DNA of 64,000 nt from Amphiscolops sp. MND2022. Its lineage: Eukaryota. Location of the stretch: NCBI GenBank assembly GCA_964187785.1, contig OZ076409.1, positions 53,508,001 through 53,572,000 on the forward strand, read 5' to 3'. The translations under genes and the position numbers were made by a program. This document shows positions 23,596-34,981 of this stretch, one piece after another; the stretch's first letter is position 1, and every line of letters starts with the position of its first letter. The notes beneath the pieces are model-generated. The model did not search any database and was not told the origin of the DNA. It was given only the letters and a program-made list of their open reading frames with translations.

Positions 23596-23750
23596 GAACA
23601 AAAATGCTCCAAGCTCACGAGTCTGATCTCAGTCCAAATTTTAAAATCTCAATTAAATTTCATCATAAATGCTTTTAAAATCTTAATTAAATTTCATCAT
23701 AAATGCTTTGAAAACATTGTCTCTGTCAAATTATCATTGCAAAAACTAAC

Positions 23751-24050
23751 TTGATCAAAAACGATGACATCAGGAATCCAGAGACCCTCCCTGTTGACAA
23801 CGATCGACGTAATATTTCCGTACCTTTCGGGATCCCAAGTCAGGTATTGGTCAACCCAGACTGTATACTCGTGAAGAAGAAGCTTCAATGTCTGTGTTCT
23901 TGAATCCAAAGCAAGAATGTTCTTCAATAAAAGTGAATGCTGAACTTTCAGAATGTCTTTGTAGTCCAAAACTGGGCGAACATTGGGGTCATATTCCGAT
24001 AAAAGATCTTTGGTGAGGTTGTGGATAATTGTGGGCTGATATAAAATACC
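23751..24050 (-). CDS. Cys-loop receptor LBD exon 2
   Basis: TTAG|GGT...CAA|GTTAGT; 300 bp; DLLSEYDPNVRPV...WVDQYLTWDPERYGNI...LWIPDVIVFDQ, hallmark nAChR/5-HT3-family motifs. The acceptor position is less certain than the donor. Confidence 0.92.
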
Positions 24051-24386
24051 CTAATTTTTTTGAAATTTGGACAGGTAATTTTGAGCAATATCCAATTGAC
24101 TAAATGGAGACTATAAAATAGTATCTTGCTCTTTACTTGAAAAACGGTTTAATCATTGCAAGATTTTAGTACTACTAGTAACCCTCAAAGGTCTTGCTAT
24201 ATAATCTCTTGTATACAATATCTTGATCAGAGCTCCTGAGTTTTCGAAAGTTTTGAAAATTCGAGGTTTTTCCAGAGTGCAGAACTGAGCTTACTCTAAA
24301 GTTTCTGTTTCAGTCGTTTAAAGTCGTATCCACGTTCCGATATCTTTCATTAAAAAAAAATAAAAACTTCAAATTCAGAAATTCAC

Positions 24387-24473
24387 ACCTATCCAAATTT
24401 CACCAACCAATGCAAAATCTTTTACACATGAGATGAATAAAACACCAAAAATCAAGGTATTTAAAGGTTTCAT
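24387..24473 (-). CDS. Probable signal-peptide exon 1 of the Cys-loop receptor-like gene
   Basis: MKPLNTLIFGVLFISCVKDFALVGEIWIG followed by a phase-0 GTGAAT donor compatible with exon 2. Confidence 0.5.
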
Positions 24474-25281
24474 ATCAAAACAAGTATCCGATAAATGAAA
24501 AAAATATATATTTGCGCTACATTGCTGCAAAACTGAATGCTCAAAATCAGCGTTCAGGAATAATAACATAAGCTGGCGAAATTGGTTTGAAAATGACTGA
24601 AGTGTAATACATTTGACTATGAAAATATGAATAAATAATCATTTGATCATACAGGTGCAGGTTTTGATAAGGTCGGTAAATAGTTGAAGTTTCGGTTAAG
24701 TAGAATAAGTAGTTTTGGTTCTGGTGATATTCGAATACTTCATAACAACTCGATCCATGAAGCAGGTAATTATGTTGATAATAGTTAAGGGTAGGGTTAA
24801 CCTTGATAATAGAGTAATTACCAAAATTTGGTTTGAGCCAATAAACGTAACAGCAAGCTACTATTCGATATTAGTGATATGTCAGCAGTGTCAAAACCTT
24901 AAATAATTTTCAAAATTAAAACTCATGTGTAATGTTTTCCAATGTAAAAAACTGATTAAGATAAATTTAAAACCGCTGAATGTCTAACTGAGGAAACGTA
25001 GAATGTCAATAAATGTACACACCAAACAATTCCTAGTTTTTTCTCGAATAAAAAATTCAAAGCAATTAGATTATGGTTCAAAGTTGACAGGTATTATTTT
25101 GCTTGCTTCAACTTCGCTTGAACAGAATAGATTTGAATTTGAAATTGTTAGTTTTTTTGTGAAAACTATCAAATTGGAACGTGTCCCTCAATTCTCCTTT
25201 TGAAATAGAAAACGCTTTTGCTATAGAATATCTCACGCTTTGTCGTTTCAACCACTCAACTATGCATTATATGAGCTACTA

Positions 25282-25999
25282 CCCAGTGTAAAATATCTTG
25301 AAACTCTTGGCAAGATCTTGGATTTTCCCGCAAATTCCCGTTACCTCTTGAAACCCTTGATAAGATCTTGTTTATTCTTGCTTGACACAAAACTCTTGAA
25401 ATTCTTGATAGGAATCTTGGTAAGAGTCTTATCAAGAGTGTCAAGAAAATAAATTGTAAATCAAACAGTAATTTTGTTTACAAATACTTCGCTGTTGTTC
25501 GCGCTACCAGCTACACAATCATTCTATGAAGTATTGGATATAGGACAACACAAAGTAGTGAAATTCAGAACGTGATAGCTTGGTTGGTAGCGCGAACAGC
25601 CGTGGTAGAATAGGTACGCTGATCAAGCCGAAGTTGGCGTGGGTTTTTGTTTGTTTTCATTCAAGCTTTTGTTAGCTTTTCTCTTGAAACTCTTGGCAAG
25701 ATTCTTGGCATTTCTTGCATTTTCCCGGATTCTTGGCAAGATTCTTGGCGTTTCTTGGATTTTCTTGGATTTCTTGACAAGATTCTTGGTTTTTCCTGGA
25801 AGGTTTTTTGTACTAAAAACACTTTTGCTGCGTTTTTTCAGTCGAAAAAAATAGGCATTTTTCTTGAAGTTCTTGGCAAGATCTTGCAAGATCGTACATA
25901 TTCTTGGCGCTCTTGGTAAGAATCTTGCCAAGATTCTTACCAAGGGTTTCAAGAATATGCAAGATTCTTGGCAAGAGTTTCAAGATATTTTACACTAGG
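25282..25999. mobile_element. CACTA/EnSpm-like MITE
   Basis: TIRs CCCAGTGTAAAATATCTTG...CAAGATATTTTACACTAGG, 2-bp TSD TA, CTTG/CAAG subterminal repeats; homologous to 29567-30107 in inverted orientation. Confidence 0.88.
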
Positions 26000-27369
26000 T
26001 AATAGAACATCGGCCCACAATTTCTTTGAGTTACTCATTGATTATAAAAGTTCGCAAAAACGTTCGCAGAGATTTCAGACGCATTTCCTATGGTCGTTTT
26101 TATTCGGTGCTATACGAAATAGAAAAATACTGATAAATTGGCTTTTCGTTGACTCCTTATTCGAAAATTTACTCGAAATTGCCATAAAGCGTTCCCCTTT
26201 TTGAATATGCTTGAACTTTTTACATGTACTTTAATGTTGCCAGCAACTTTTATTATGATAATCTAAATATCTTACGGAAACTTTAATGCGTTAAAATTTC
26301 CCTGTTGTCGCCAACTTTTATCAAGCTGCTTTAAAGAATCATCAAAGTTTTGGCGGCAATTTCAAGCCGTGAAGTTCTGCAGGTTTCAATATGCATCAGT
26401 TCTAATTTTAAATGCAGATGAGACCTCAACAATTTTGCCGCCATTTTAACGCAAGTTAATTTCATTCACAATGTAAACAGCAAACTAGCGTCATCTTCAG
26501 CGTCCTACTTGAGACGCGGTGATTAAATCCGATGAGTATTTGAGAAATCAATGTGTGAATACAACGTGATCGTGTCCGTAAAAGAAGCGTGAAATATTTT
26601 CAAATTTGATTGCAGTAGTGGAAAATGCAGTGTAACTCTACAAGATTTACCACCGGAACCTTACTGAATTTTCTAGGTTTTATGAAAAATTACGCTGCAT
26701 GCAGGCCTGCAGCATGTAAAAAGTTCCAGCAGTCTCAACTAGGGTCCGCAAAGTTTTACAATTTCGCCCAAGATCTAAAAAAATCGAAGCGGCCAAAGAT
26801 CCTCTTTGAAAAGGATTAATCTTTAGTTAATCTAAAAACTGTATGAGACAAAAATATTCCTTTGGAATTTTTCGACGCTTTCCCACGTTTTCAAAAAATT
26901 TTCTCTCACCAAAACCGATCCGGGTTTGCTTAAAAGGTTTAAAATGTACGCACTAAATATGGTAAAATATATATCTTTACACACATTCCATTGAACTTTT
27001 TGCTCGGATGTTTATGACAAGTGGAACAGTTTTATATCAAAATTAGTAGTTTGATAACTGAAGTGGAAACTGGAATTGCGGTTCAAAGGCGCACATATGT
27101 TGATTGTGAGAAATATTTGCAAACTGTTGGCAGTCTGTCTAAAAAAAATCAGTGAAATTAGTCACGATGGTTTTCCTCAAGGCCACCGGAGTGTCAGCAA
27201 ACAAACAAAAAACTAAGAACAATTTAGTGCTTCCGACATCAGGAGCCCCTCAAAAAGAGACTTCAACAAAAGGGGCTCCGAAACCAGAAATCTTGTTTGA
27301 ATGGAATCATTATGCTATTTTTCTCTGAAAATTCAAAGTTCAAAATCAGATAAGTTAGTATTTCAGTAC

Positions 27370-27685
27370 CTTTCCGTTACACTAACTTCGTTTTTGTAGA
27401 AATTTCAATTGAAATCAAAAATCCAATTTAACAAAGTATTTGATCGTTTCGGATAGAACACTATCCAAGTTGGCCCTTACAACACTACTATGACACTTTT
27501 TTTCTAAAATTGTAGGATATTGGTAAATACCAATATCCTACAATTTTAGAAAAAAAAAGTGTCATAGTAGTGTTGTAAGGGCCAACTTGGATAGTGTTCT
27601 ATCCGAAACGATCAAATACTTTGTTAAATTGGATTTTTGATTTCAATTGAAATTTCTACAAAAACGAAGTTAGTGTAACGGAAAG
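27370..27685. repeat. Near-perfect palindrome, 156/158-bp arms and a 2-nt spacer
   Basis: 27370-27525 is the reverse complement of 27528-27685; the only difference seen is T7 versus A9. Confidence 0.97.
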
Positions 27686-29566
27686 TGTTAACAATCATCA
27701 GCCTCCACAGGTTTAAACAGTTAGTTTTTGTAGGTTGTCCAGCAATTTTATTATGACTTTATAAAACTCGCACGGAAAACTGCATTAAAATATCCATGTT
27801 AATATTGAGTTCTGTTAAGATACCTAAAAGATTCATCCGAAATTTGGCGGCAATTCGGATTTCTTGTTATTTAACTTTTCTTGTTGGATTGAAATTGTAG
27901 ACGCTGCATTGTAATCTGGCAAAAATTTTCCATTCAAGCTTTCGAAATTTTCAGTAAGCTTCTAGTAGTAAATCTTGTAGGATTACACAGCAGTTTACAC
28001 TACTGTCATTAAAATAAAAACCGTTTTCCATTTCGCTACCGACACATTCACGTTGTATTCAATTTAATTTCTCAACTACAGTTCTGTGATCAAAGAATGG
28101 GCCCCTAAGTGATAATAATGTTTGGAACATATAATTTTCTGCCCGATTCTGAGAGATTTTTGATATTCAAGAGAAAAAATTTTGATAAAAGTTTCTTGAA
28201 CTTTAATCTAGTTTACACTCGTGTGTTTAAAACTTTTGACAAATTTTGGGGAAATTAGCACTCATCACCTCTCTATGTAATACTTGGTTTGCAAACAAAG
28301 TTTTCTATTTTTGTCTATTTTACAAACATTTTATTTTGATTAGTCTTTGTTATCAGTCGGTTCATCGCTGTCCCCTGATTGCACTGTTAAACTTTGGGGC
28401 ACACGTCTGAAGGAAATCGATAATCTCTATTGGATTAATCTCGGTACATGTATCAAGATTGGGTATAGATTTAGGACCTATAGATTTGTGATTATCTTTT
28501 TACATGTACACTCTCGGGTACTAAAAATTTTCGAGTATTATTAAAGAATGACGGGCACCTTGAACAATATGGCAAAGTAAATAATGACCAGCTTCTGCTC
28601 CTAATTTCGAATCTGCCATTGAATTCCAAAGTTTTTCATGTGAAAAATAACTTTGCAAATTTGTCTTATAGTAGTTTCAAAGTTTTCAAAACTAGAGGTA
28701 TGTAAACTAGGCAAAATTCCAAAACAAATGTTTCTGTGAATTTTTGGAAAACTTTTCGCAACTCATTAGACGTTTTAAATTTAATCGCCAAACAGGGGTT
28801 CCATTCTTTTGTCACGGGACTGTGGTCATCTGATGTAATCACTTCTCAATTACCACGCTGAGGATGACGCCAGTTTGCAGTTTACAGCGTGACTGAAGTT
28901 ACTCAACATTGAAGTGGCGTTGAACTTTAAGGTTGCAACCAAGCAGCTTGACAAAATTTGAATACGACAAAGGAACTATTCTCGCATGAAGGTTTCCGTA
29001 ACAGAAAATTAAAAACGTTTCGGGCAACTTTGAAGAATATGTAAAAAGTTCGTCCAATTTCAACAAGGATAATGCTTCATTATTGGCTTGCGGTGATTTA
29101 TATGCGGAAAAATCGTTGTTGAGTTCTAAATATGGCTTCTCCATGAATCCGTTTTTCAGATCACATGCTATAAACGCTATTTTATTTCCCTACAATTAAT
29201 TATTTTCCAAATACCCAAATAGATCTACTTTCAGCTGTTCAAATACATTCGATGTAGTTTTGTTAATTTCTAAAATCCCCCCAAATCTTTCCGAGATCAT
29301 CTTGGATGTTATTCGTTCGGATTCTATTCATAGTTCCTTTTATTCCAGCGGATGAGCGGAACTTACACGAACAAAAGCGATTTCATGAGCTACCATTACC
29401 AAACCAGATGTAACACGTTGTTTTTCGCAAAAGTGTATTCGAATGATTTTCAGTGGATGAAGCTGAATGAAACCGTTCAAACTCTTGAATCGTTTTCAGC
29501 TACATCTAATCGAAAACTAGAAGATGAAATGACCAATTTTGAAATCTCGAATTACTTTGCTGCATG

Positions 29567-30107
29567 CCCAGTGTAAAAATTCTTGCAACTCTTGATAAGA
29601 ATCTTGGATATTCCTGATTTTCTTGGTAAGAATCTTGCCAAGATTCTTACCAAAAAATCCACGATTTTGCAAGATCTTGCAAGATCGTGCCAAGAAATTC
29701 AAGAGATGAACTGACAAAAGTGAATGAAAACAAACAAAAACCGACGCCAACTGCAGCTTGATCAGCGTACCTATTATGCCGCAGCCTTTCGCGCTACCAA
29801 CCAAGCTATCACGTTCTGAATTTCCCTACTTTGTGTTGTCCTATGTTTAATACTTCAAAGAATGATAGTGTAGCTGGTAGTGCGAACAACAGCAAAAAAC
29901 TTGTAAACAAAATTAATGTTTGTTTTACAACTTTATTCATTCTCTTGACACTCTTGATAAGACTCTTACCAAGAAAACTATCAAGAAATTCAAGAGGTTT
30001 GTGTGAAGCAAGAATAAACAAGATCTTATCAAGAGTTTCAAGAGTAAACGGGAATATGTAAGAATATGCAAGATCTTGGCAAGAGTTCCAAGATTTTTTA
30101 CACTGGG
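29567..30107. mobile_element. CACTA/EnSpm-like MITE inserted after the duplication
   Basis: CCCAGTGTAAAAA...TTTTTACACTGGG. The empty site in copy B (GCATGATGACG, ~36601) shows a 2-bp TSD of TG. Confidence 0.92.
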
Positions 30108-30801
30108 TGATGACGCACAGTAAAAGTGAACTCAGCCATTCCAGTTTAGTAGACTCTAGCTTTCAAAATGGCCTTTCGCGTGCATCTTTAGAGCAAAATT
30201 CCCCGTGAAATAGGGTTGGTGACAGAATTCCAATGCTTGCAGCGAAATCTATTGAAACGTGCAGCGGAATCAAAGGCTAGTTTGAAAGATTTGTAGGAAG
30301 ACTTCGCGGCATCCGCTAAAACTGTGACAGCAGCGAAGTCCGCCGAAAACTCTAAAAAACACACATTGCCACAGAAAAAGCGAAAGATTTCTTGAATGCA
30401 TTTTGACGGGCTATTGTTGTCATCAAAGGTATGCCCAAATTTGTTATTCAGGTTTGTCAAAGATTAGATTTACACTGGCGAAAGTGAGGCACTCTCAAAA
30501 AATTCCAGCGTGGCAAAATCACTGGTATTTCCAATTTTTGCATTGACGCGGCAGCAAGCAGCAAAACAGTAGTGATCTTCTGTTAGTTTTCTGCAAAAGT
30601 TATTCTGTTTGTGATAACGTTCGTTCCAATGGTTTCGGAATAATGTAATACCAAAAATAGGCCGTTGCGGGCAATTGTATTATTTCTGCGTTTAGGCTTT
30701 CTTCCTAAATCGGTGTTTTGGGATCTGCTGAGCTCTCCCTTATGTGGCGATCTCGGTTACTCTGATTTGAAATCAGTCTGTGGCAATTTTACCGTGTTTT
30801 A

Positions 30802-31120
30802 CTACTTCAGGGCGCCTGTGTAGCCCACTGGACCGCATGTCCATTTAACATTAAACCTGTTTTCATGCGTCCCATGACAATTTTGATGCGTCGGATGATC
30901 TTTCTCGGCTCTTTCTAAGTTTATAGCTTGTAAAACTTGAGAATTCAGATCCAATTTGATATCACCAAGATTTTTTGACATTTGACTTGCAATTTCGCAA
31001 TTTATCCTTCTCGAAGTCTCTACAGTGATTTCACTTATTTCCCTGCTATTAGTGTTAAACAAAGCTAAAAAACCTTCAACTATGGGATATACAATTTGCT
31101 CTAGCTCATCGGACTCAAGG
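30802..31120 (-). pseudogene. Degenerate coding remnant, possibly a retroelement gag N-terminus (second copy at 37294-37617)
   Basis: Amphipathic helical peptide EISEITVETSRRINCEIASQMSKNLGDIKSDLNSQVLQAIN in both duplicate copies; no diagnostic motif. Confidence 0.3.
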
Positions 31121-31247
31121 TCCTTATCTCCTTTTCTTTCGTTCTGGGGTTTAAATATTCAATCAGTTTCCTAACATTACATCCAGATTCTCTAAATCGA
31201 ACATAGCGTCCGATTGCACAGGGTGCTTTTCCTTCGCTCTCTCCTTT

Positions 31248-31768
31248 TTAGTCGGCGCCTTTTCCCTTAAGGAAAAAAGCCCGACTCTTACAGTGAGTAG
31301 TTTTTTTTTCAGTTGACAATCTCACTCTGAGTGGTCCACTTTTCTTACAATTTGTTCATCTTTCATATTTGTTCATCTTCCATCTTCGACCCAGCCGGAG
31401 TGCGTGGGTTCGATTCTCGCACTAAACCATAAATTTTTTAATGCTTCCAAAAGTACAGGTGAGACCAAAGGGCCCCCCCTTTGGGTTTTTTTCGGCACTA
31501 TGTGACTTTTTTCGAAAATTTTTGAAATTTATCAAAGGGTACCCCCTTGCATTTTTTTTGAAATTTTCGGTTTGTAGAAAACGTTGAATGAGCCTGAATG
31601 GCCTTTTTTGAGTTTTTCGGCATTTTGCGACTTAAAAAATACTTTTTTTCGAAAAAAATTTCAAAAATAATTTTTTTGAAAAATTTTTTTTCCAAATTTT
31701 TACAATAGTTGTTCCTTGAATATTTTTGAGCCTAAGATATGGCGCCGACTTGGGACGTTCCCGTCTTG
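31248..31768 (+). mobile_element. Helentron-associated element inserted after the duplication
   Basis: Perfect sub-TIRs AGTCGGCGCC (31250) and GGCGCCGACT (31741), a 3' stem-loop, and insertion into a T-run without TSD. Copy B has the empty site CTCCTTTTTTGTTG (~37733). Confidence 0.88.
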
Positions 31769-32896
31769 TTTGTTGAAAGCATTTGATGATTTTAGTGCAC
31801 CTTCGAGAATAAATTGATGAGCAGTATTAAGTCACAAACGTTAGCAGAGGCCTTATAACTGAGAAAGAGAGAGGAATGAGTGTGAAACGCATTAGTATTA
31901 AGTAGGAAGGTGTCTCCTCTTTCTGAGGGACCCACTGTATATACAAAAATATAAATGACTCGCAAAATTCAAAATTTCAGCTTGTCATAAAGGCGGTGAA
32001 AAAACATTCCTGAAGGGATAAAGTCACTATTACGTTACCCTGAATTCAAGCTAAAAATAGCACCCTGAAAGCAAATCAAAGGAAGTATGAAGAGACAAGA
32101 GAGGGGAAAGGCGGCATATTTTTTAAGTTCTATTTATTATTTACGCACGTGGCAACGCGTGTAGTAGAATCTACGAATTGGTAGTACAAATGGCCACATC
32201 ATCTAGCGATTTGGTTGGCTGTTAACAACATTGAAGGACCGCGCGTCTTTCAGCTAGAGTAAAACCTTACTTGTACGCGTTTTCATTAAAGTTATTTGCT
32301 TGCTATGGCTTATTGCTATTACTGCGCTTTGCATGTTTCAACAAGTAAAAATTACTGGTTCATATGCCCATCATTTTATTACATTTAAATGAATGACTAA
32401 CTTATTATAAAGCAACAGAAAACTACTCTTGAATGTAAAAAGATCAAATAACAATGATATATCAGGGAGAATGTTTCGTGCATTGACCTTGGGTTTTTAT
32501 TAGTTCCTAGCGGCAATACTCCTAGTGGCAATATGAATAAAAACCACCCGTTAGCTTCATCTGAATGACTCGGCGTACCAGAGCAAAAGTAAAACTGAAT
32601 TGTCGCCGGCAGCTCGAGATACTCACGTTGAAACTCACTGCTGCATCAAATATGTGTATGTTTTCGAGAAAAATTCGAATCATGAAGCAAATCGGCTGCC
32701 AAAATCTTGTCAGTCCGGTTTCTATCTTCTTCCTGTTTCCACAGAAATGATTGATTCTTTAATTTTTCTGAGTTTTAGGTTATCATTATTTCCGTTTGTG
32801 TTTCCATATGATTTTTCCAATTTCCTGGTTGAAATTCACAATGGATAGTGAAAAATGTTTTTACAAGTTTGAATATAGTAGACAAACAAAATGACA

Positions 32897-33165
32897 AACA
32901 AGACGCCCGCTCAGCACCAGGGTACTTTTCGCCAATAACGCATCAGCCCGGGTTCGAACCCACGACCTCGTGTCTGCCAGTTCAAGTAACTAAAATAGTC
33001 AAAAACTAAATAAAATAGTCAAGTAGTGGGAGATTGTTGGGAGTCATGGAGATGAGCAAACTAGGTTGGGAGTCATGGAGAGCGCGGAGATTTTGCAGAA
33101 TTTGCAAAAAGCGCAACACAGATCATGATTTTCCTCCCCCATTTTATGTGGGCGGAAACTAAAAA
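32897..33165 (-). mobile_element. Helentron-associated element, second family, containing a tRNA 3'-half-like segment (also at 38700-38971)
   Basis: Minus strand reads TTTTTAGTTTCCGCC...GTGGGTTCGAACCCGG...GGCGAAAAGT...GTCTTGTT. Confidence 0.6.
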
Positions 33166-34981
33166 TTTCTGTATAAAGGGTTAATCGAATTCTACTAATC
33201 GCGTTCCAACAAATATCACGATGCCCATAATTTTTTTTTGGTGTACTCTAGTTATTACATTTTGGCTAGGTTTTGGTTCTTATTGTCCATATTTTTAAAT
33301 AGGAAAAAACTACTAAATGGGACTCGTTTTTGTTCAAAAATCACCACGTTATATTGTCATGACCAAGTTGAAGGGGTTCTCTCATAGAATTAATTTGACA
33401 TAAATTTTGTTAGGTGTATATGTATTGTTACAGCTTTTTGAACTCTTTTGGTTCAATCCAAAACGGCTCCAAAATAATATTCCTAAGTACCCCCAAAGTC
33501 AAAAATTTCCATAAATCTAAATTTTCATGCGTTTTCAAAATTTCATGCGTTTTTTGAATAGCTTTTGAATATTTCCGTTGATGGAAAATCCCGAACAATT
33601 CAACACGATTTAACCCACCATCCAAGACTTTAAAGACTCTTTTGATTTTTTTACTACAAGTTTTAGTCAGGTTTCAATCATTTTCATGGGCTAGAATATC
33701 CAAAGTGTTCCAATATGAAACAAGCATCTGTCTAAGATGAATGTGAAAAGTTCCCTTGAAAAACTGCCTCAAAATGATCACTAATTATCTAAAAAGTCAC
33801 AAAACTGTGCAATTTTTAACATTTTAAAGCAAAGTCATGTTGTGGTTACCTTAGGCACATTCTGTGAATTTTTCGAACGTTTTGAAAAATTCAAACACCC
33901 ACAGATGGTAACGACGAAGCAAAAAGTCATCTCGCACTCTTTCGCGACGAGTCATTTGCAATTTATGCATAATTAAGTGCCTCAAATTGACACCAAAAAA
34001 GAACGTTTATAAACAATTCACAAACTTTTCACTATCGAGTAGCTTTTTTGTACTGTCATTGAATGATTTTGAGGAAAACATCCAAAGAGTCCAACAATGA
34101 CACAGTAATCTATCCAACTCGAGTTTTAAAAAACAAATTTGATGTTCTCAGTTCAAGGTTTGACTGTTTCGAAATTTTACGTTGAATTTGCACATGAATA
34201 TCTCTAGATTTTGAAACATTCATTGCTTTTGGAGACCATTTTTTGAAATCAGGTGTTTGTTATCTGAACTTTAAGATGCTCAACAAAAGAAATTTGGTTC
34301 CAAATATTCCGACACTGTGAAAACGTTCAGAGGTGATGTGATTGTCTACAGTAGCGGAAAATAGTTTTGAAAATTATTGGCCAAATCATAGAGATCCAAA
34401 ATCAGAAACTCATCGTTGTACATCTATCTATACCCCAATTACTGGTTTGTATCTGTTAAGATCGCCAGATATAAAATTATAACGATAAAGCATACGGATT
34501 TTTTATTCAATCATAACGTATGTGATTCTCAAATGTAATGCATTACGATACATATGGCGCAAAAGTGGAATTTATCATCAAAAGAAAAATGTATTTTCCG
34601 TAAAACGGGAACGAACCGTATTCTAGTCAAACAGTGCAATGTGTTCATCGTGAATTTTGATGCACAGTGTAATCAGAAATTGCGGAGTTTGGTCATTGAG
34701 CGTAATTAGAGAAAAGTGGAAACCAGTCAAGAATTTCAACCTACAATTGGCTCAATTCCATATTCATCTAGGGTGGTAATACGAAACTCATGTGTTTTAC
34801 AGTTCAACCAACTGCGAGGTTGAAATTATTGAAATGCGGAAAAACACAAAACTGTCTTCTGTTTCGGGTAATATCACTAAGTAAACCAAGAGCAGTTCAG
34901 TTGACTGTACCGAAGTTGAGACTGATAGAACTTTTCACATGCTGCATGGCTGTATGCTGGGGTTACTTTTTGTGAAGCCTA

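Larger units (their letters stand above)
27944..34540 (+). repeat. Tandem segmental duplication, copy A
   Basis: Collinear and highly similar to 34982-40491. Carries two extra insertions (29567-30107 and 31248-31768). Confidence 0.95.

Noticed and set aside
23636..23712. 34-bp tandem duplication next to exon 2
   Set aside because: Ordinary intronic slippage duplication.
26430..28930. Large TIR element framing the palindrome (26540-26680 versus 27937-28075; 26438-26505 versus ~28855-28920)
   Set aside because: The inverted similarity is real but old and patchy, with no definable termini or TSD; probably two copies of an ancient repeat.
32940..32985. tRNA genes at GGTTCGA motifs (also ~14050, ~16735, ~31405, ~38755)
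   Set aside because: Only T-arm-like fragments; no acceptor stem or D-arm could be folded.
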